A stretch of 64,000 nucleotides of DNA from Dehalococcoidia bacterium (lineage in GTDB: Bacteria; Chloroflexota; Dehalococcoidia; Lucifugimonadales; QGNO01): NCBI GenBank assembly GCA_965116555.1, contig OZ220698.1, forward strand, positions 1,844,444-1,908,443, in the 5' to 3' direction. Positions 25,666 to 35,203 of the stretch are shown here, piece after piece. The notes under the pieces were generated by a model that worked only from the letters and a program-made list of their open reading frames with translations, searched no databases and had not been told where the DNA came from. How positions within the stretch are numbered: position 1 is the first letter of the stretch; each line of letters begins with the position of its first letter. The translations under genes and the position numbers were made by a program.

Positions 25666-26391
25666 TTGAAGGCTTCTCTATTTGTCACGTGCCTGGTAGA
25701 TCAGTTCTTCCCTGAAGTGGGAGAGAGTGTTGTCAATGTTCTGCGCCGGCTAGGCGTGGAAGTGGACTTTCCCTCCGGCCAGACGTGCTGTGGCCAGCCT
25801 GCTTACAACTCAGGATTCACCAGCCGGACGTTGCCTCTAGCGGAACGCTTCATCAAGCTGTTCGCGGATAGCGAATACATCGTCGTGCCCTCCGGTTCCT
25901 GCGCCTCAATGCTCAAGACTTTCATCCCTGAAATGCTGAGCGGCCACCCCACTCTAGCCGAGCCTTCTCAAACCCTTTCAGAGCGTACTTATGAGTTCTC
26001 CCAGTTCTTGGTCAACGTCCTGGGCGTATCAAGGGTGGGCGCAAGCTACAACGGAAGGATCACCTATCACGCCTCTTGTCACCTGCTCCGTGAGCTGGGC
26101 GCTTCCACGGAAAGCCAGCAACTCATGCGGAGCGTTAAGGGGGCCCGCCTTGTTCCACTTCAAGGCGAAGGCGAATGCTGCGGGTTTGGCGGGACGTTTG
26201 CCGTGAAGTACCCGGAGATCTCCGGGGCCATCCTGAATAGCAAGCTGGACCAGATAGAAAAAACGGGCGCCGATGCGGTCGTTGCCTGCGATTCCGGCTG
26301 CCTAATGCACATAGGCGGGGGTCTATCGCGGAGGAATATTAAGACCCAGCCAATGCATCTGGCGCAGCTTCTCGATCACGAGGCCTCTTGA
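25666..26391 (+). CDS. lutA: lactate utilisation protein A (Fe-S oxidoreductase, CCG domains)
   Basis: MKASLFVTCLVDQFFPEVG N-terminus and CCGFGG motifs. First gene of a lutABC-ordered operon. Confidence 0.85.
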   Translation: MKASLFVTCLVDQFFPEVGESVVNVLRRLGVEVDFPSGQTCCGQPAYNSGFTSRTLPLAERFIKLFADSEYIVVPSGSCASMLKTFIPEMLSGHPTLAEPSQTLSERTYEFSQFLVNVLGVSRVGASYNGRITYHASCHLLRELGASTESQQLMRSVKGARLVPLQGEGECCGFGGTFAVKYPEISGAILNSKLDQIEKTGADAVVACDSGCLMHIGGGLSRRNIKTQPMHLAQLLDHEAS

Positions 26392-27840
26392 GTGCAAGTC
26401 AGATCTGAACAGTTCAAGGAGCTATCCCTTCAGGCGCTTGCCAGCCAGCAGGTACAGAGCTCCCTGTCCCGGGTCTCTGAAGGGTTCGACATGGCGCGCC
26501 GTAGAGCGGTGTCGGATCTGACGCCGGAGGTTTGGGAGGAGTACCGGGAGCAAGGCAGGCGCATCAAAGAGCACACCATTGCAAACCTGGACTACTACTT
26601 GGAGCTTCTAACCAATCGCGTCCAGCAAAACGGGGGAACCGTCCACTTTGCCCGCGATTCTAAAGAGGCGACCGACATCATGCTGGAAGTGGCGCGCAGT
26701 CGAGGCGTAAAGCTGGCTACCAAGAGCAAGAGCATGGTCTCAGAGGAGATGGGGCTGAATCATGTCCTAGAAGACAACGGCATCGAACCCGTGGAAACAG
26801 ACCTTGGCGAGTTCATACTGCAGCTATCCAACGAAACGCCGTTTCATCTCATTGCGCCCGCGCTTCACAAGTCCAAGGAAGAAGTTGGCGTCCTGTTCAA
26901 CGAAAAGCTGGGCACGCGAAAGAAGGCCGGTATTCCCGCTCTCACCATCGCGGCAAGAAAAGCGCTTCGCAGTAAGTTCTTAGAAGCGGACATGGGTATA
27001 ACAGGCGTGAATTTCGCCGTTGCGGAAACGGGGACAATTGCGCTATTCACCAATGAAGGCAATGGACGGTTGAGCACCTCCCTGCCCCGCATCCACGTCG
27101 CGCTGATGGGCATGGAAAAGGTGGTCCCCACCCTGGAGGACCTGTCTGTCATGCTCCGCCTGCTGCCCAGGGCAGCCACCGGGCAACGACTCACCTCTTA
27201 CGTAACTCTCGTTTCCGGGCCGCGCCGTCCCGAAGATGAGGACGGGCCTGAGGAGTTCCACCTGGTGATTATGGACAACGGACGGAGCAATCTCCTGGCA
27301 GACCCCGAACTCCGGGAGGCTCTCAACTGCATCCGTTGCGGCGCCTGCCTCAACACCTGTCCTGTATACCAGAAGATAGGAGGACACGCCTATGGCTGGG
27401 TCTATCCCGGCCCTATAGGCTCCGTCCTGACCCCTGCCATGAACGGGCCGCGGCATGCCAATAACCTGCCCTTCGCCTCCACGCTTTGCGGAGCGTGTCG
27501 CGACGCATGTCCGGTCAAAATCAACATTCCAAGGATGCTGCTGAAGCTGCGGCAGGACCTGAAGGAAGGCGACAAAGAGAACCGAAAGGCCACCTTCCTG
27601 GAACGGTTCGGCTTTGGGGTATGGAGCAGCATTGTTTCTTCAGAAGGGGCTCTGTCAAAATACAGGGCCATCGCCGCCCTGGCTCAGCGGCCGTTTGTCA
27701 AAGGCAGCCGCCTGCGAAGAATACCGCTGGCTCCATTCTCCAAGTGGACGCGCAACAGGGACTTCCCTCGCCTGGCGTCCAAGTCGTTCCACAAGGTATG
27801 GGAACAGAAGCTGAAACAGGGAGACAAAGAGACCCACTGA
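26392..27840 (+). CDS. lutB: lactate utilisation protein B (4Fe-4S-binding, LUD domain)
   Basis: CIRCGACLNTCPVY and CGACRDACPVKI ferredoxin-type motifs. The GTG start abuts the lutA stop. Confidence 0.85.
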   Translation: MQVRSEQFKELSLQALASQQVQSSLSRVSEGFDMARRRAVSDLTPEVWEEYREQGRRIKEHTIANLDYYLELLTNRVQQNGGTVHFARDSKEATDIMLEVARSRGVKLATKSKSMVSEEMGLNHVLEDNGIEPVETDLGEFILQLSNETPFHLIAPALHKSKEEVGVLFNEKLGTRKKAGIPALTIAARKALRSKFLEADMGITGVNFAVAETGTIALFTNEGNGRLSTSLPRIHVALMGMEKVVPTLEDLSVMLRLLPRAATGQRLTSYVTLVSGPRRPEDEDGPEEFHLVIMDNGRSNLLADPELREALNCIRCGACLNTCPVYQKIGGHAYGWVYPGPIGSVLTPAMNGPRHANNLPFASTLCGACRDACPVKINIPRMLLKLRQDLKEGDKENRKATFLERFGFGVWSSIVSSEGALSKYRAIAALAQRPFVKGSRLRRIPLAPFSKWTRNRDFPRLASKSFHKVWEQKLKQGDKETH

Positions 27841-27847
27841 GCAAACC

Positions 27848-28603
27848 ATGACGGGCACATCCAGACATAAGTTCATCACCGGCGTGCAAGAAGCCCTGGG
27901 ACGCAACGGAACTTCAGAGCGGCCGGACTACCACCTCCTTAAGACTAGGCGAGAGATACAACGGCAGAAGGTTGTAACCATAGAGGCGCGCGCTCAGGCA
28001 CGTCGCACCGAGCTGTTGGAACGGCTGGCCCAGTCCGCTTTCAATGCCGGATGGAACGTGCTCAGAGCCGCAACCACGGAGGAAGCCACCGAATACATTC
28101 TATCCATAGCCAGAGAACAGGAGGCCGGGCTGGTCGTACGCTCCGCACACGAGGTATTCCATCGTCTGCCCATAGAGGATGCCCTGGCTAAACATGGCGC
28201 CCGTCTCACCGTGGCCACGGCAAGAGAAGAGTCGTCACGCGAGCAGCTCCGGAACGAAATAGCACGGGCCGACATAGGCATTACAGGCGTGGACTACGCC
28301 ATAGCCGAGACCGGCACGTGCGCATTGGTGCCCCGCCAGGGGGTGAGCCGCCTTGTATCTGTGCTTCCCCCGGTACATATCGCCGTTATCGAGGCGCACC
28401 AGGTCTATGAGACCCTGGACGACCTGTTCGCTTTACGGCGCTTGGCCTTTATGGAAGGACAAGGCGACATGGGAAGCTACCTCAGTCTAATCACCGGGCC
28501 CAGTCGTACTGCGGACATAGAACAAACCCTGGTCACGGGAGTGCATGGCCCAATGGTAGTCCACATGGTCATCCTGGAAACTCCCGAGGCCGCCGGTCTC
28601 TAG
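27848..28603 (+). CDS. lutC: lactate utilisation protein C (LUD domain)
   Basis: 251 aa in the position after lutB. GITGVDYAIAETGT block is typical of LUD-domain proteins. Confidence 0.75.
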   Translation: MTGTSRHKFITGVQEALGRNGTSERPDYHLLKTRREIQRQKVVTIEARAQARRTELLERLAQSAFNAGWNVLRAATTEEATEYILSIAREQEAGLVVRSAHEVFHRLPIEDALAKHGARLTVATAREESSREQLRNEIARADIGITGVDYAIAETGTCALVPRQGVSRLVSVLPPVHIAVIEAHQVYETLDDLFALRRLAFMEGQGDMGSYLSLITGPSRTADIEQTLVTGVHGPMVVHMVILETPEAAGL

Positions 28604-29733
28604 GAGAATCCTCTCTCGTATCTCCTTACCACTCGCTCCGCAGCCCCTGCCACCAGTTCATCGGCGCGCTGCATCGCCTCATCCAAGGGGAGGTCAGGCG
28701 GCGCGGCGCTTTCAACGCTGTTGATTCCATGTTCAAGCACTGCTTGATGTCCCTCTCCCAGCGAACCCGCCACCGCGACAGCAGGCAAGCCCAGCTTCCT
28801 GGCGCGCTGGGCCACGACGATGGGCGCTTTGTTGTAGACCGTTTGAGCATCCATTCTGCCCTCGCCAACGATGACCAGGTCCGCGACCTGCATATGTTCC
28901 TCTAGGTTGAGCGCGTCGCAGACCAGAGCCGCCCCGGACTCCAATTGCGCGCCCAATAGAGCCACCAGTCCTCCGCCTGCGCCACCCGCGGCGCCAGCTC
29001 CGGGCAGGTGTGTCAGGTCAACTCCCAGGTCACGCTCCACTACTTCGGCAAAGTGTGCTAAGGCAGAATCTAACAGGCTAACCATTTCAGCCGTGGCGCC
29101 CTTTTGCGGCCCGTAAATCGCCGCCGCGCCCAGGGGCCCGCAGAGCGGGTTGTTGACGTCGGCGGCCACTCTGATACGACATTCACCAAGCCGGTCGTCC
29201 ATAGTGGCCATCTCTATGCGACTCAGATTCGACAAAGCAGCGCCCCCGAATCTCACCTGTTTCCCGTCGGAATCGGTAAGCCTGGCACCCAGTGCCTGCG
29301 CCATGCCTGCGCCGGCGTCGTTGGTGGCGCTGCCTCCAACTCCTATTATTATCTCGCGGCAACCTCTGTCCAATGCCTCCCTGATCAGTTCGCCGGTACC
29401 GTAGCTTGTAGTGATACGGGGATCGCGCCGTCCCGGAGGCACCAGCGCCAGTCCGGAAGCTCGCGCCATCTCGATAACCGCGGTTTTGCCGTCGGGCATC
29501 ACACCCCATTGCGCCCTGACCGGCTCACCAAGCGGGCCCGTGACCTGCGCTTCAAAGCAACTGCCTGAAGTGCCCACCAGGGCTTCCAAAGTACCGTCGC
29601 CTCCATCGGCGACCGGCAGCAGCACAATCTCCGCATCGGGATACGCTCTGAGCACGCCCAGCTGTATGGCGCGGGCCGCTTCCATACCGCTGAGGCCGCC
29701 CTTGAAAGCCTGTGGGGCTATGACCACTTTCAT
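28600..29733 (-). CDS. glxK: glycerate kinase
   Basis: MKVVIAPQAFKG N-terminus, GVGGSATNDAGAGM and GEGRMDAQT blocks. Confidence 0.85.
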   Translation of the reverse strand: MKVVIAPQAFKGGLSGMEAARAIQLGVLRAYPDAEIVLLPVADGGDGTLEALVGTSGSCFEAQVTGPLGEPVRAQWGVMPDGKTAVIEMARASGLALVPPGRRDPRITTSYGTGELIREALDRGCREIIIGVGGSATNDAGAGMAQALGARLTDSDGKQVRFGGAALSNLSRIEMATMDDRLGECRIRVAADVNNPLCGPLGAAAIYGPQKGATAEMVSLLDSALAHFAEVVERDLGVDLTHLPGAGAAGGAGGGLVALLGAQLESGAALVCDALNLEEHMQVADLVIVGEGRMDAQTVYNKAPIVVAQRARKLGLPAVAVAGSLGEGHQAVLEHGINSVESAAPPDLPLDEAMQRADELVAGAAERVVRRYERGFS

Positions 29734-29930
29734 AGGTGTATTATTGCAAATGTGCCTTCTGATACACTACTGCTCACTGTACACATTGGTGGAGGTCAAC
29801 CATAGATATTGATCTGGTTTTCTGGCGCCTGCTGCATATAGTTTCCGGTGTAATCTGGGCCGGAGTCTCCCTGTTCCTGGCTTTTGTTCTGGAACCGCGC
29901 CTGCGAGCGCTGGGACCCTCCGTACAGCAT

Positions 29931-30305
29931 ATGGTCATGCGCTCCATAGCAGGAGCCGTTGGAGTCACCTTTGCTTCCATGGGAACTATCAACATTGTAT
30001 CCGGCATCGTTTTGATTTTTGTCCTGAGGGGCAATAGCCTGGACACACTGCACGAAACGGGCTGGGGGCAGGCTATAAGCCTGGGACTGGTTACCACTGT
30101 GGCCGCTTATGTATTGAACCTGACGACCATACCCACCAATATCAAGATGCGGAAGATGGGCAAGGCCATCCAGGGCCGCCAGCCAACCGGAGAGGAGATG
30201 GACGAAATCCAAGGTCTGTCCTCCCGGCTGAGGATATCGGGGCAGGTCACAGCCATCCTGCTGCTGATAGCAGTAGGTACGATGGCTGTCGCCAGGTTTG
30301 TTTGA
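29931..30305 (+). CDS. membrane protein (DUF2269/DUF4149-like); probably starts upstream at a non-ATG codon
   Basis: The first ATG is 29931. The same frame is open from 29763 and encodes a convincing first TM helix (LVFWRLLHIVSGVIWAGVSLFLAFVLEP). GGAGG at 29791-29795 lies 6 nt before ATA 29802. Confidence 0.6.
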   Translation: MVMRSIAGAVGVTFASMGTINIVSGIVLIFVLRGNSLDTLHETGWGQAISLGLVTTVAAYVLNLTTIPTNIKMRKMGKAIQGRQPTGEEMDEIQGLSSRLRISGQVTAILLLIAVGTMAVARFV

Positions 30306-30314
30306 GGAGGCACG

Positions 30315-31643
30315 TTGTCAACCAGAGAGGAGATGAAGGCAAAGGTCAACGAGGTTATCGACCAGCACGCCGCCGACCTGATAGATGTAGCGAAGCGGAT
30401 CCTCGCTGGCCCGGAGCCGGGTTTCAGAGAGCAGAAAACGGCGCGCCTGGTTCAGGAAGAGTTCAACAAGCTGGAGCTTCCTCACAGGGACAATCTTGCC
30501 ATTACCGGCGTCAAATCCTGGATGGAGGCAGGCTCTCCGGGGCCATCCGTAGCAGTCATCGGCGAACTAGACTCCATGATAGTACCCGACCACCTCCAGG
30601 CTGACCCGGATACCGGAGCCGCCCATGCTTGCGGCCATCACTGCCAGATTGCAATGATGCTCGGCGTGGCCACGGGTTTGCAGCTTTCCGGTGTGCTCAA
30701 CCAGCTTGCGGGCAGACTGGTGTTCTTTGCCGTCCCCGCTGAGGAGTTGGTCGAAGTGGAGTTCCGCAACGGTATGCGGCGGGAAGGCAAGGTTGAGTTC
30801 ATAGGCGGCAAGCCGGAGCTGGTGCGGCTGGGAGAGTTCGATGACGTCGACCTGGCAATGATGACCCACACCACCAGCACGCCGGAGGACGGGCTGCTGG
30901 CCGCTTCCGGCACAAACAACGGGCTTGTGGTAAAGCACATTCAATACCTGGGAAGGGGCGCCCACGCCGGTGGATCGCCGCACATGGGTATCAACGCCCT
31001 CAACGCGGCAATGCTGGGGCTACAATCCATTCATGCTGTGCGGGAAACGTTCCAAGGCGCTGACACGGTGCGAGTACACCCTATTGTAACCCGGGGCGGC
31101 GATGCGGTGAGCGCAGTGCCTTCCGATGTCCGTCTGGAGACATTTGTGCGCGCCAGCAATGTAAGCGCTATCTTGAATTGGGACAGGAGGGTCGACCGCG
31201 CCCTACGCGCCGGAGCCATGGCGGTGGGTGCCAGGGTGAAAATCGACACCATCCCGGGCTACTTGCCGCTCAACATGAATCGGGAGATGATGGGCTTGTG
31301 GCGGGAAAACGCCGTTCGTCTCGTGAGCGAAGAGAACGTGAGCTTCACCGGTCACCGCACAGGGTCCACTGATATGGGCGACATCAGCCAGATTATTCCC
31401 GCAATCCATCCCTATGCGGGTGGCGTTACGGGGATTGGACATGGCGCCGATTACCTTGTCCAAGACTACACCAAAGCAGTGATCAACCCCGCCAAAGCCA
31501 TGGCCATGACCGTAGTGGATTTGCTTGCGGACGGGGCTTCCCTTGCAAAGGACGTTCTGAACAAAGCCAAGCTGCCCTATGAGAAGGAGTCCTACCTCAA
31601 ACTAATGCGCTCCTTCTCAAGGAGCGAGGATTTCGCCGAGTAG
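30315..31643 (+). CDS. M20-family amidohydrolase / peptidase
   Basis: 442 aa with TTG start 4 nt after GAGGAGG. HACGHH metal-binding block and typical M20D layout. Confidence 0.75.
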   Translation: MSTREEMKAKVNEVIDQHAADLIDVAKRILAGPEPGFREQKTARLVQEEFNKLELPHRDNLAITGVKSWMEAGSPGPSVAVIGELDSMIVPDHLQADPDTGAAHACGHHCQIAMMLGVATGLQLSGVLNQLAGRLVFFAVPAEELVEVEFRNGMRREGKVEFIGGKPELVRLGEFDDVDLAMMTHTTSTPEDGLLAASGTNNGLVVKHIQYLGRGAHAGGSPHMGINALNAAMLGLQSIHAVRETFQGADTVRVHPIVTRGGDAVSAVPSDVRLETFVRASNVSAILNWDRRVDRALRAGAMAVGARVKIDTIPGYLPLNMNREMMGLWRENAVRLVSEENVSFTGHRTGSTDMGDISQIIPAIHPYAGGVTGIGHGADYLVQDYTKAVINPAKAMAMTVVDLLADGASLAKDVLNKAKLPYEKESYLKLMRSFSRSEDFAE

Positions 31644-31652
31644 GAGGCACGT

Positions 31653-32789
31653 ATGCCCGGCCCATTGGAAGGTTACCGCATAATAGATCTCTGCCGCGCC
31701 GGACCCGGTCGCCAGGCCACCGGCATCCTCGCGGACTACGGAGCGGAGGTGGTATCCGTGGTCCAGCCGGGATATGCGCAACGCGCCGCACCGGGCGAAG
31801 GTGGTATGCGCCGCGGCGACGCTATCAACCAGCGCAACAAACGCAGTCTGTTTCTAAACATGCGTGGCGAGGGCGCTTTCGACGTGTTCATGCGACTAGC
31901 CAAACAATCGGATGCCGTGTTGGAAAGCAACCGGCCCGGGGCGGTGAAGCGCCTGGGCGTTGACTACGACTCGGTTAAAGCGGTCAAGCCGGACATCGTT
32001 TACTGCTCGCTGACAGGATTTGGTCAAAACGGACCGTATTCGGGCCTTGCCGCCCACGACCTTGCATTCCAAAGCGTAGCGGGCATGCTGCCATTGGACG
32101 ACGACGGCAAGCCCCAAGTCCCCATAGTGAGCCAGGGCCAGGCCGATCTCAATGCCGCTTACTTCGCCGCCATGGCGCTTATGATGGGACTGCTGCGACG
32201 CGCCAGCAGCGGCGAGGGCCAGTACATCGACGTGTCGTTTACCGACGTATCCCTGAGGCTGCCCAACGAGCACAAAGACGAGATGCTGATAGGCGCCTAT
32301 CCCGGCCTGAGCATCTACGAGACCAGCGATGGCCGCCACGTGGCATTGAGTACACGGGAGCCATGGTTCTGGGAACGTCTCTGCCGCCTCCTGGAACGGG
32401 AAGATTGGATACCGCACATACGCCCGACCGGAGAATTGCGAGATGAGATGTTCCGCTTCTTCAGGGAGCGGTTCAAGAGCAAGCCGCTTGCCGAATGGAT
32501 GGGTATCCTTGAAGAGCATGACATTGAGTTCGGGCCGGTCAACTCGTCGATGGAGCACTTCCTCAACGACGCTCACTTCAAAGCCCGAGAGATGATATTG
32601 GAAACAACCGCTCCCGACACCGGTGAGAAGCAACTTGAACCCGGTTTCGGCATGAAGTTCGCCGGCACACCCGCCGAATTGCACTACGAACCATCTTTCA
32701 TGGGAGCCGACACGGAAGCCATCCTCACTGAGCTAGGTTACACGCTGGAAGAGCAGGCAAAGCTGAAGGAATCCGGGGCAACGGCTTAG
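31653..32789 (+). CDS. CoA-transferase family III (CaiB/BaiF-type) protein
   Basis: The N-terminus PLEGYRIIDLCRAGPGRQATGILADYGAEVVSV is the family hallmark. Confidence 0.8.
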   Translation: MPGPLEGYRIIDLCRAGPGRQATGILADYGAEVVSVVQPGYAQRAAPGEGGMRRGDAINQRNKRSLFLNMRGEGAFDVFMRLAKQSDAVLESNRPGAVKRLGVDYDSVKAVKPDIVYCSLTGFGQNGPYSGLAAHDLAFQSVAGMLPLDDDGKPQVPIVSQGQADLNAAYFAAMALMMGLLRRASSGEGQYIDVSFTDVSLRLPNEHKDEMLIGAYPGLSIYETSDGRHVALSTREPWFWERLCRLLEREDWIPHIRPTGELRDEMFRFFRERFKSKPLAEWMGILEEHDIEFGPVNSSMEHFLNDAHFKAREMILETTAPDTGEKQLEPGFGMKFAGTPAELHYEPSFMGADTEAILTELGYTLEEQAKLKESGATA

Positions 32790-32841
32790 AACGCCGCAGT
32801 TCTCTACGGCGTCCCTTTGGTGTTGATTGGCACGCTCTGGC

Positions 32842-32870
32842 TTGCCTGCCCGTAGCAGACAGGCTAAAAT
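32842..32870 (+). promoter_or_regulatory. sigma70-type promoter of tRNA-Asn
   Basis: TTGCCT, exactly 17 nt, TAAAAT. The tRNA 5' end is 20 nt downstream of the -10 box. Confidence 0.6.
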
Positions 32871-32889
32871 CAGAGGGTTGTCTCCGCAC

Positions 32890-32964
32890 TCCCCGGTAGC
32901 TCAGTGGTAGAGCGGTCGGCTGTTAACCGATTGGTCGTAGGTTCGAGTCCTACCCGGGGAGCCA
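32890..32964 (+). tRNA. tRNA-Asn (anticodon GTT), CCA encoded
   Basis: I folded the cloverleaf by hand. Acceptor stem is tccccgg/ccgggga and D arm is gctc-agtggta-gagc. Anticodon arm is gtcgg-ctGTTaa-ccgat and T arm is gtagg-ttcgagt-cctac. Discriminator is g, followed by cca. Confidence 0.9.
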
Positions 32965-33013
32965 ACTCCCCTGACACTAAGTACCTCGGTTGTTCCCATA
33001 TTGATTAGTGCCC

Positions 33014-34093
33014 TCAGGAGGATGAGCCAGGGGGTTCCTCACCAAAGACAATCTTCCGAACCGGGTAGTTGATCTCAATGCCCTCCACGGCGAACCTGGC
33101 GTGGAGCCGCTTGATGAGGTCGTTGGTCACCACAAACGAACCAACTCGATCCGTGGCCTGTAGAAATATCCAGAAATTCACGTTGGAGTCCCCAAAAGAG
33201 TCATAGCCAAACCACGGCTCCATGCTCTTCACGGCTTCGTCGTTGTCAGCAATGACGCTCCGGGTCACGTCTAGCGCCACCTCCTGGACTTGCTGCAGGT
33301 CGCTGGCGTAGCTGACGCCGCCGGAGACGAGGATGTTGAGTGCCGGGTCGGGCCCCTGGTAGTTGGTAATGATGGTGTCGGCCATGACCGCGTTCGGGAT
33401 GATGACCAGGGTGTTCAACCAGGTCCTGATCTTCGTTGTGCGCCATCCCACATCAACCACATACCCCGCCGGCCCGCCTTGGAGCTCAATGTAGTCTCCC
33501 GGCTTGATGGCTTGGTCCGACATTACGTAGGTGCCGGCGAAGTAGTTCGTCAGCGTCGGCTGCAACGCCAGCGCAACTGCTAGTCCGGTGATGCCCAGGC
33601 CACCAAGCAGCAGCCCGATGGAGTAGCCAAGGGTGTCTAGAATGAGGACGAGTGCTAGGCCGTAGATGAAGACCCGCAAAAAGCGCCGCAGCAGCGGTAA
33701 GCTCCGGTCGTCGAAAGATGTCTCCGTCCGCGCCGCGATGTTGGCCATGTACCAATTGAGCGTCGCTCTGCTTCCAGCCGAGAGAGCGTGGGCTCCGATG
33801 AGGATGACGATAACAGTGAACCCTAGTTGCAATTCGGAGTGCCACTGGTCAAACTGTTCAGCGAAGTCCAACCCGGCATATGCGCCGAGAGCGACCACGA
33901 ATGCCACCAGGGAGTTTCGAACCGATCTGAGGGCAACGCCTCCGATGCCGTAAGGGGTGGTCGTGTCCAGGCGAACAGCGACAAATCGGATCACAAAGAA
34001 AACTGCCGCGGCCACGGCGAGCGATACAGCGAAGACCAATCCCCCGATGACCGCGCCTTGGTATCCTGCGCTGCTGAACGTTTCCCACGACAT
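33014..34093 (-). CDS. mechanosensitive ion channel (MscS family)
   Basis: 359 aa with N-terminal TM helices. The pore/beta-domain block ...FAGTYVMSDQAIKPGDYIEL....G.VVDVGWRTTKIRT is conserved. Confidence 0.8.
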   Translation of the reverse strand: MSWETFSSAGYQGAVIGGLVFAVSLAVAAAVFFVIRFVAVRLDTTTPYGIGGVALRSVRNSLVAFVVALGAYAGLDFAEQFDQWHSELQLGFTVIVILIGAHALSAGSRATLNWYMANIAARTETSFDDRSLPLLRRFLRVFIYGLALVLILDTLGYSIGLLLGGLGITGLAVALALQPTLTNYFAGTYVMSDQAIKPGDYIELQGGPAGYVVDVGWRTTKIRTWLNTLVIIPNAVMADTIITNYQGPDPALNILVSGGVSYASDLQQVQEVALDVTRSVIADNDEAVKSMEPWFGYDSFGDSNVNFWIFLQATDRVGSFVVTNDLIKRLHARFAVEGIEINYPVRKIVFGEEPPGSSS

Positions 34094-34224
34094 ACGCGGG
34101 CAATGGTACCACCAAATTAGCTACTTGTGGGAAACGTGGCGGGACCCCCTTACGGCGATTCGGCTACTGCATGATATAGACGTCCGACTTCATCGGGCAC
34201 GTCCTGCTCAAGCAGCCACCCACT

Positions 34225-35190
34225 TCACCCCCTATACCCGCTTTCAGCGCGCCACTTGAAGTAGTCCTTCAGGCCGCTTAGCACGTCGGTGGTCGCCTCA
34301 AAGCCAAAGTCCTCTCTCATCCGGGAGACGTCCATGTGCGGGGTCTCATCGCTGACCGGATCCGAAGGTATAGGCTCGACGAATTCAGCTTCAGGGTAAG
34401 TCTTACGGATTGCATCGACAACCCAGCTAGTTGGGGTGACGACGCCCCTAGCCAGATTGTATAGCCGGTGCGGCAAACGGGGCGCATCCAGGACAGTGGC
34501 AAGGCCGTTTGCAATATCCAACACATATGTGTAATCGCCGGGCGCTTGAGGCATGACCTCTATCGGTTCGCCCCGAACAGCCTTACCCGTCCAGTCGTGC
34601 AGGAGGGACATGTTGGCGCGGTAACCGGTAATGCGCTCCATGGGGCCGTACGGGCCGCCGAGTCGGACGCTCACCGTGTCAAGACCATGTAGCTCCCTGT
34701 ATCGCTCCGCAATGCGTTCACAGGCGTATTTGGAGATGCGATAGAGGGCTTTGGGATGGACAAACGTCTCCTCGTTCAGAGGCCTGGGTGCGGTCACTCC
34801 CTCATAAACAGCGCCGGAACTGACGAAGAGAAAGCGCTGCGCGGATATCCGTCTAGCAAGGTCAAGCAGATTGACGGTGCCCATGATGTTCACTTCCACT
34901 ATGCTGCGGCTGTGGTCGTGCTCCACAGGACCGCGAGACCCGGGAGTGTAGGCGACGGCGTGAACGATTTTGTCGATGGAGTGGTCCCTGGCAAGCTCAT
35001 CCAAAGCGTTTAAGTCAAGAACGTCCGCCGTGCGGAAGGTTATGCGGTCGTCCCAGGGTTGCAAGTAAGCCTTCAGCATATCGTCAGGCTTCGATATATC
35101 GAGCGACACCACACTGTGGCCGCGCTCAGCGAGGACTCTCACTATGTTGGAAGCAACAAAACCGTTGCCGCCTGTGACCAAGGTGACCAT
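34225..35190 (-). CDS. NAD-dependent epimerase/dehydratase (extended SDR)
   Basis: MVTLVTGGNGFVASNIV Rossmann motif and a YRISKYACE (YxxxK) catalytic motif. I prefer the start at 35190, just downstream of the nhaA stop; the listed ORF starts at 35244. Confidence 0.8.
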   Translation of the reverse strand: MVTLVTGGNGFVASNIVRVLAERGHSVVSLDISKPDDMLKAYLQPWDDRITFRTADVLDLNALDELARDHSIDKIVHAVAYTPGSRGPVEHDHSRSIVEVNIMGTVNLLDLARRISAQRFLFVSSGAVYEGVTAPRPLNEETFVHPKALYRISKYACERIAERYRELHGLDTVSVRLGGPYGPMERITGYRANMSLLHDWTGKAVRGEPIEVMPQAPGDYTYVLDIANGLATVLDAPRLPHRLYNLARGVVTPTSWVVDAIRKTYPEAEFVEPIPSDPVSDETPHMDVSRMREDFGFEATTDVLSGLKDYFKWRAESGYRG

Positions 35191-35203
35191 TCCCCTAAGC
35201 CCC

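Noticed and set aside
29796-30212. 138-aa minus-strand ORF overlapping the small membrane-protein gene
   Set aside because: Its translation is polar and low-complexity with no hydrophobic core pattern. The plus-strand frame encodes four clear TM helices and has an SD.
32790-33013. tRNA-Asn as the attachment site of an integrated element
   Set aside because: There is no integrase, no direct repeat of the tRNA 3' end that I could find nearby, and the flanking genes (CoA-transferase operon, MscS) have native-looking composition.
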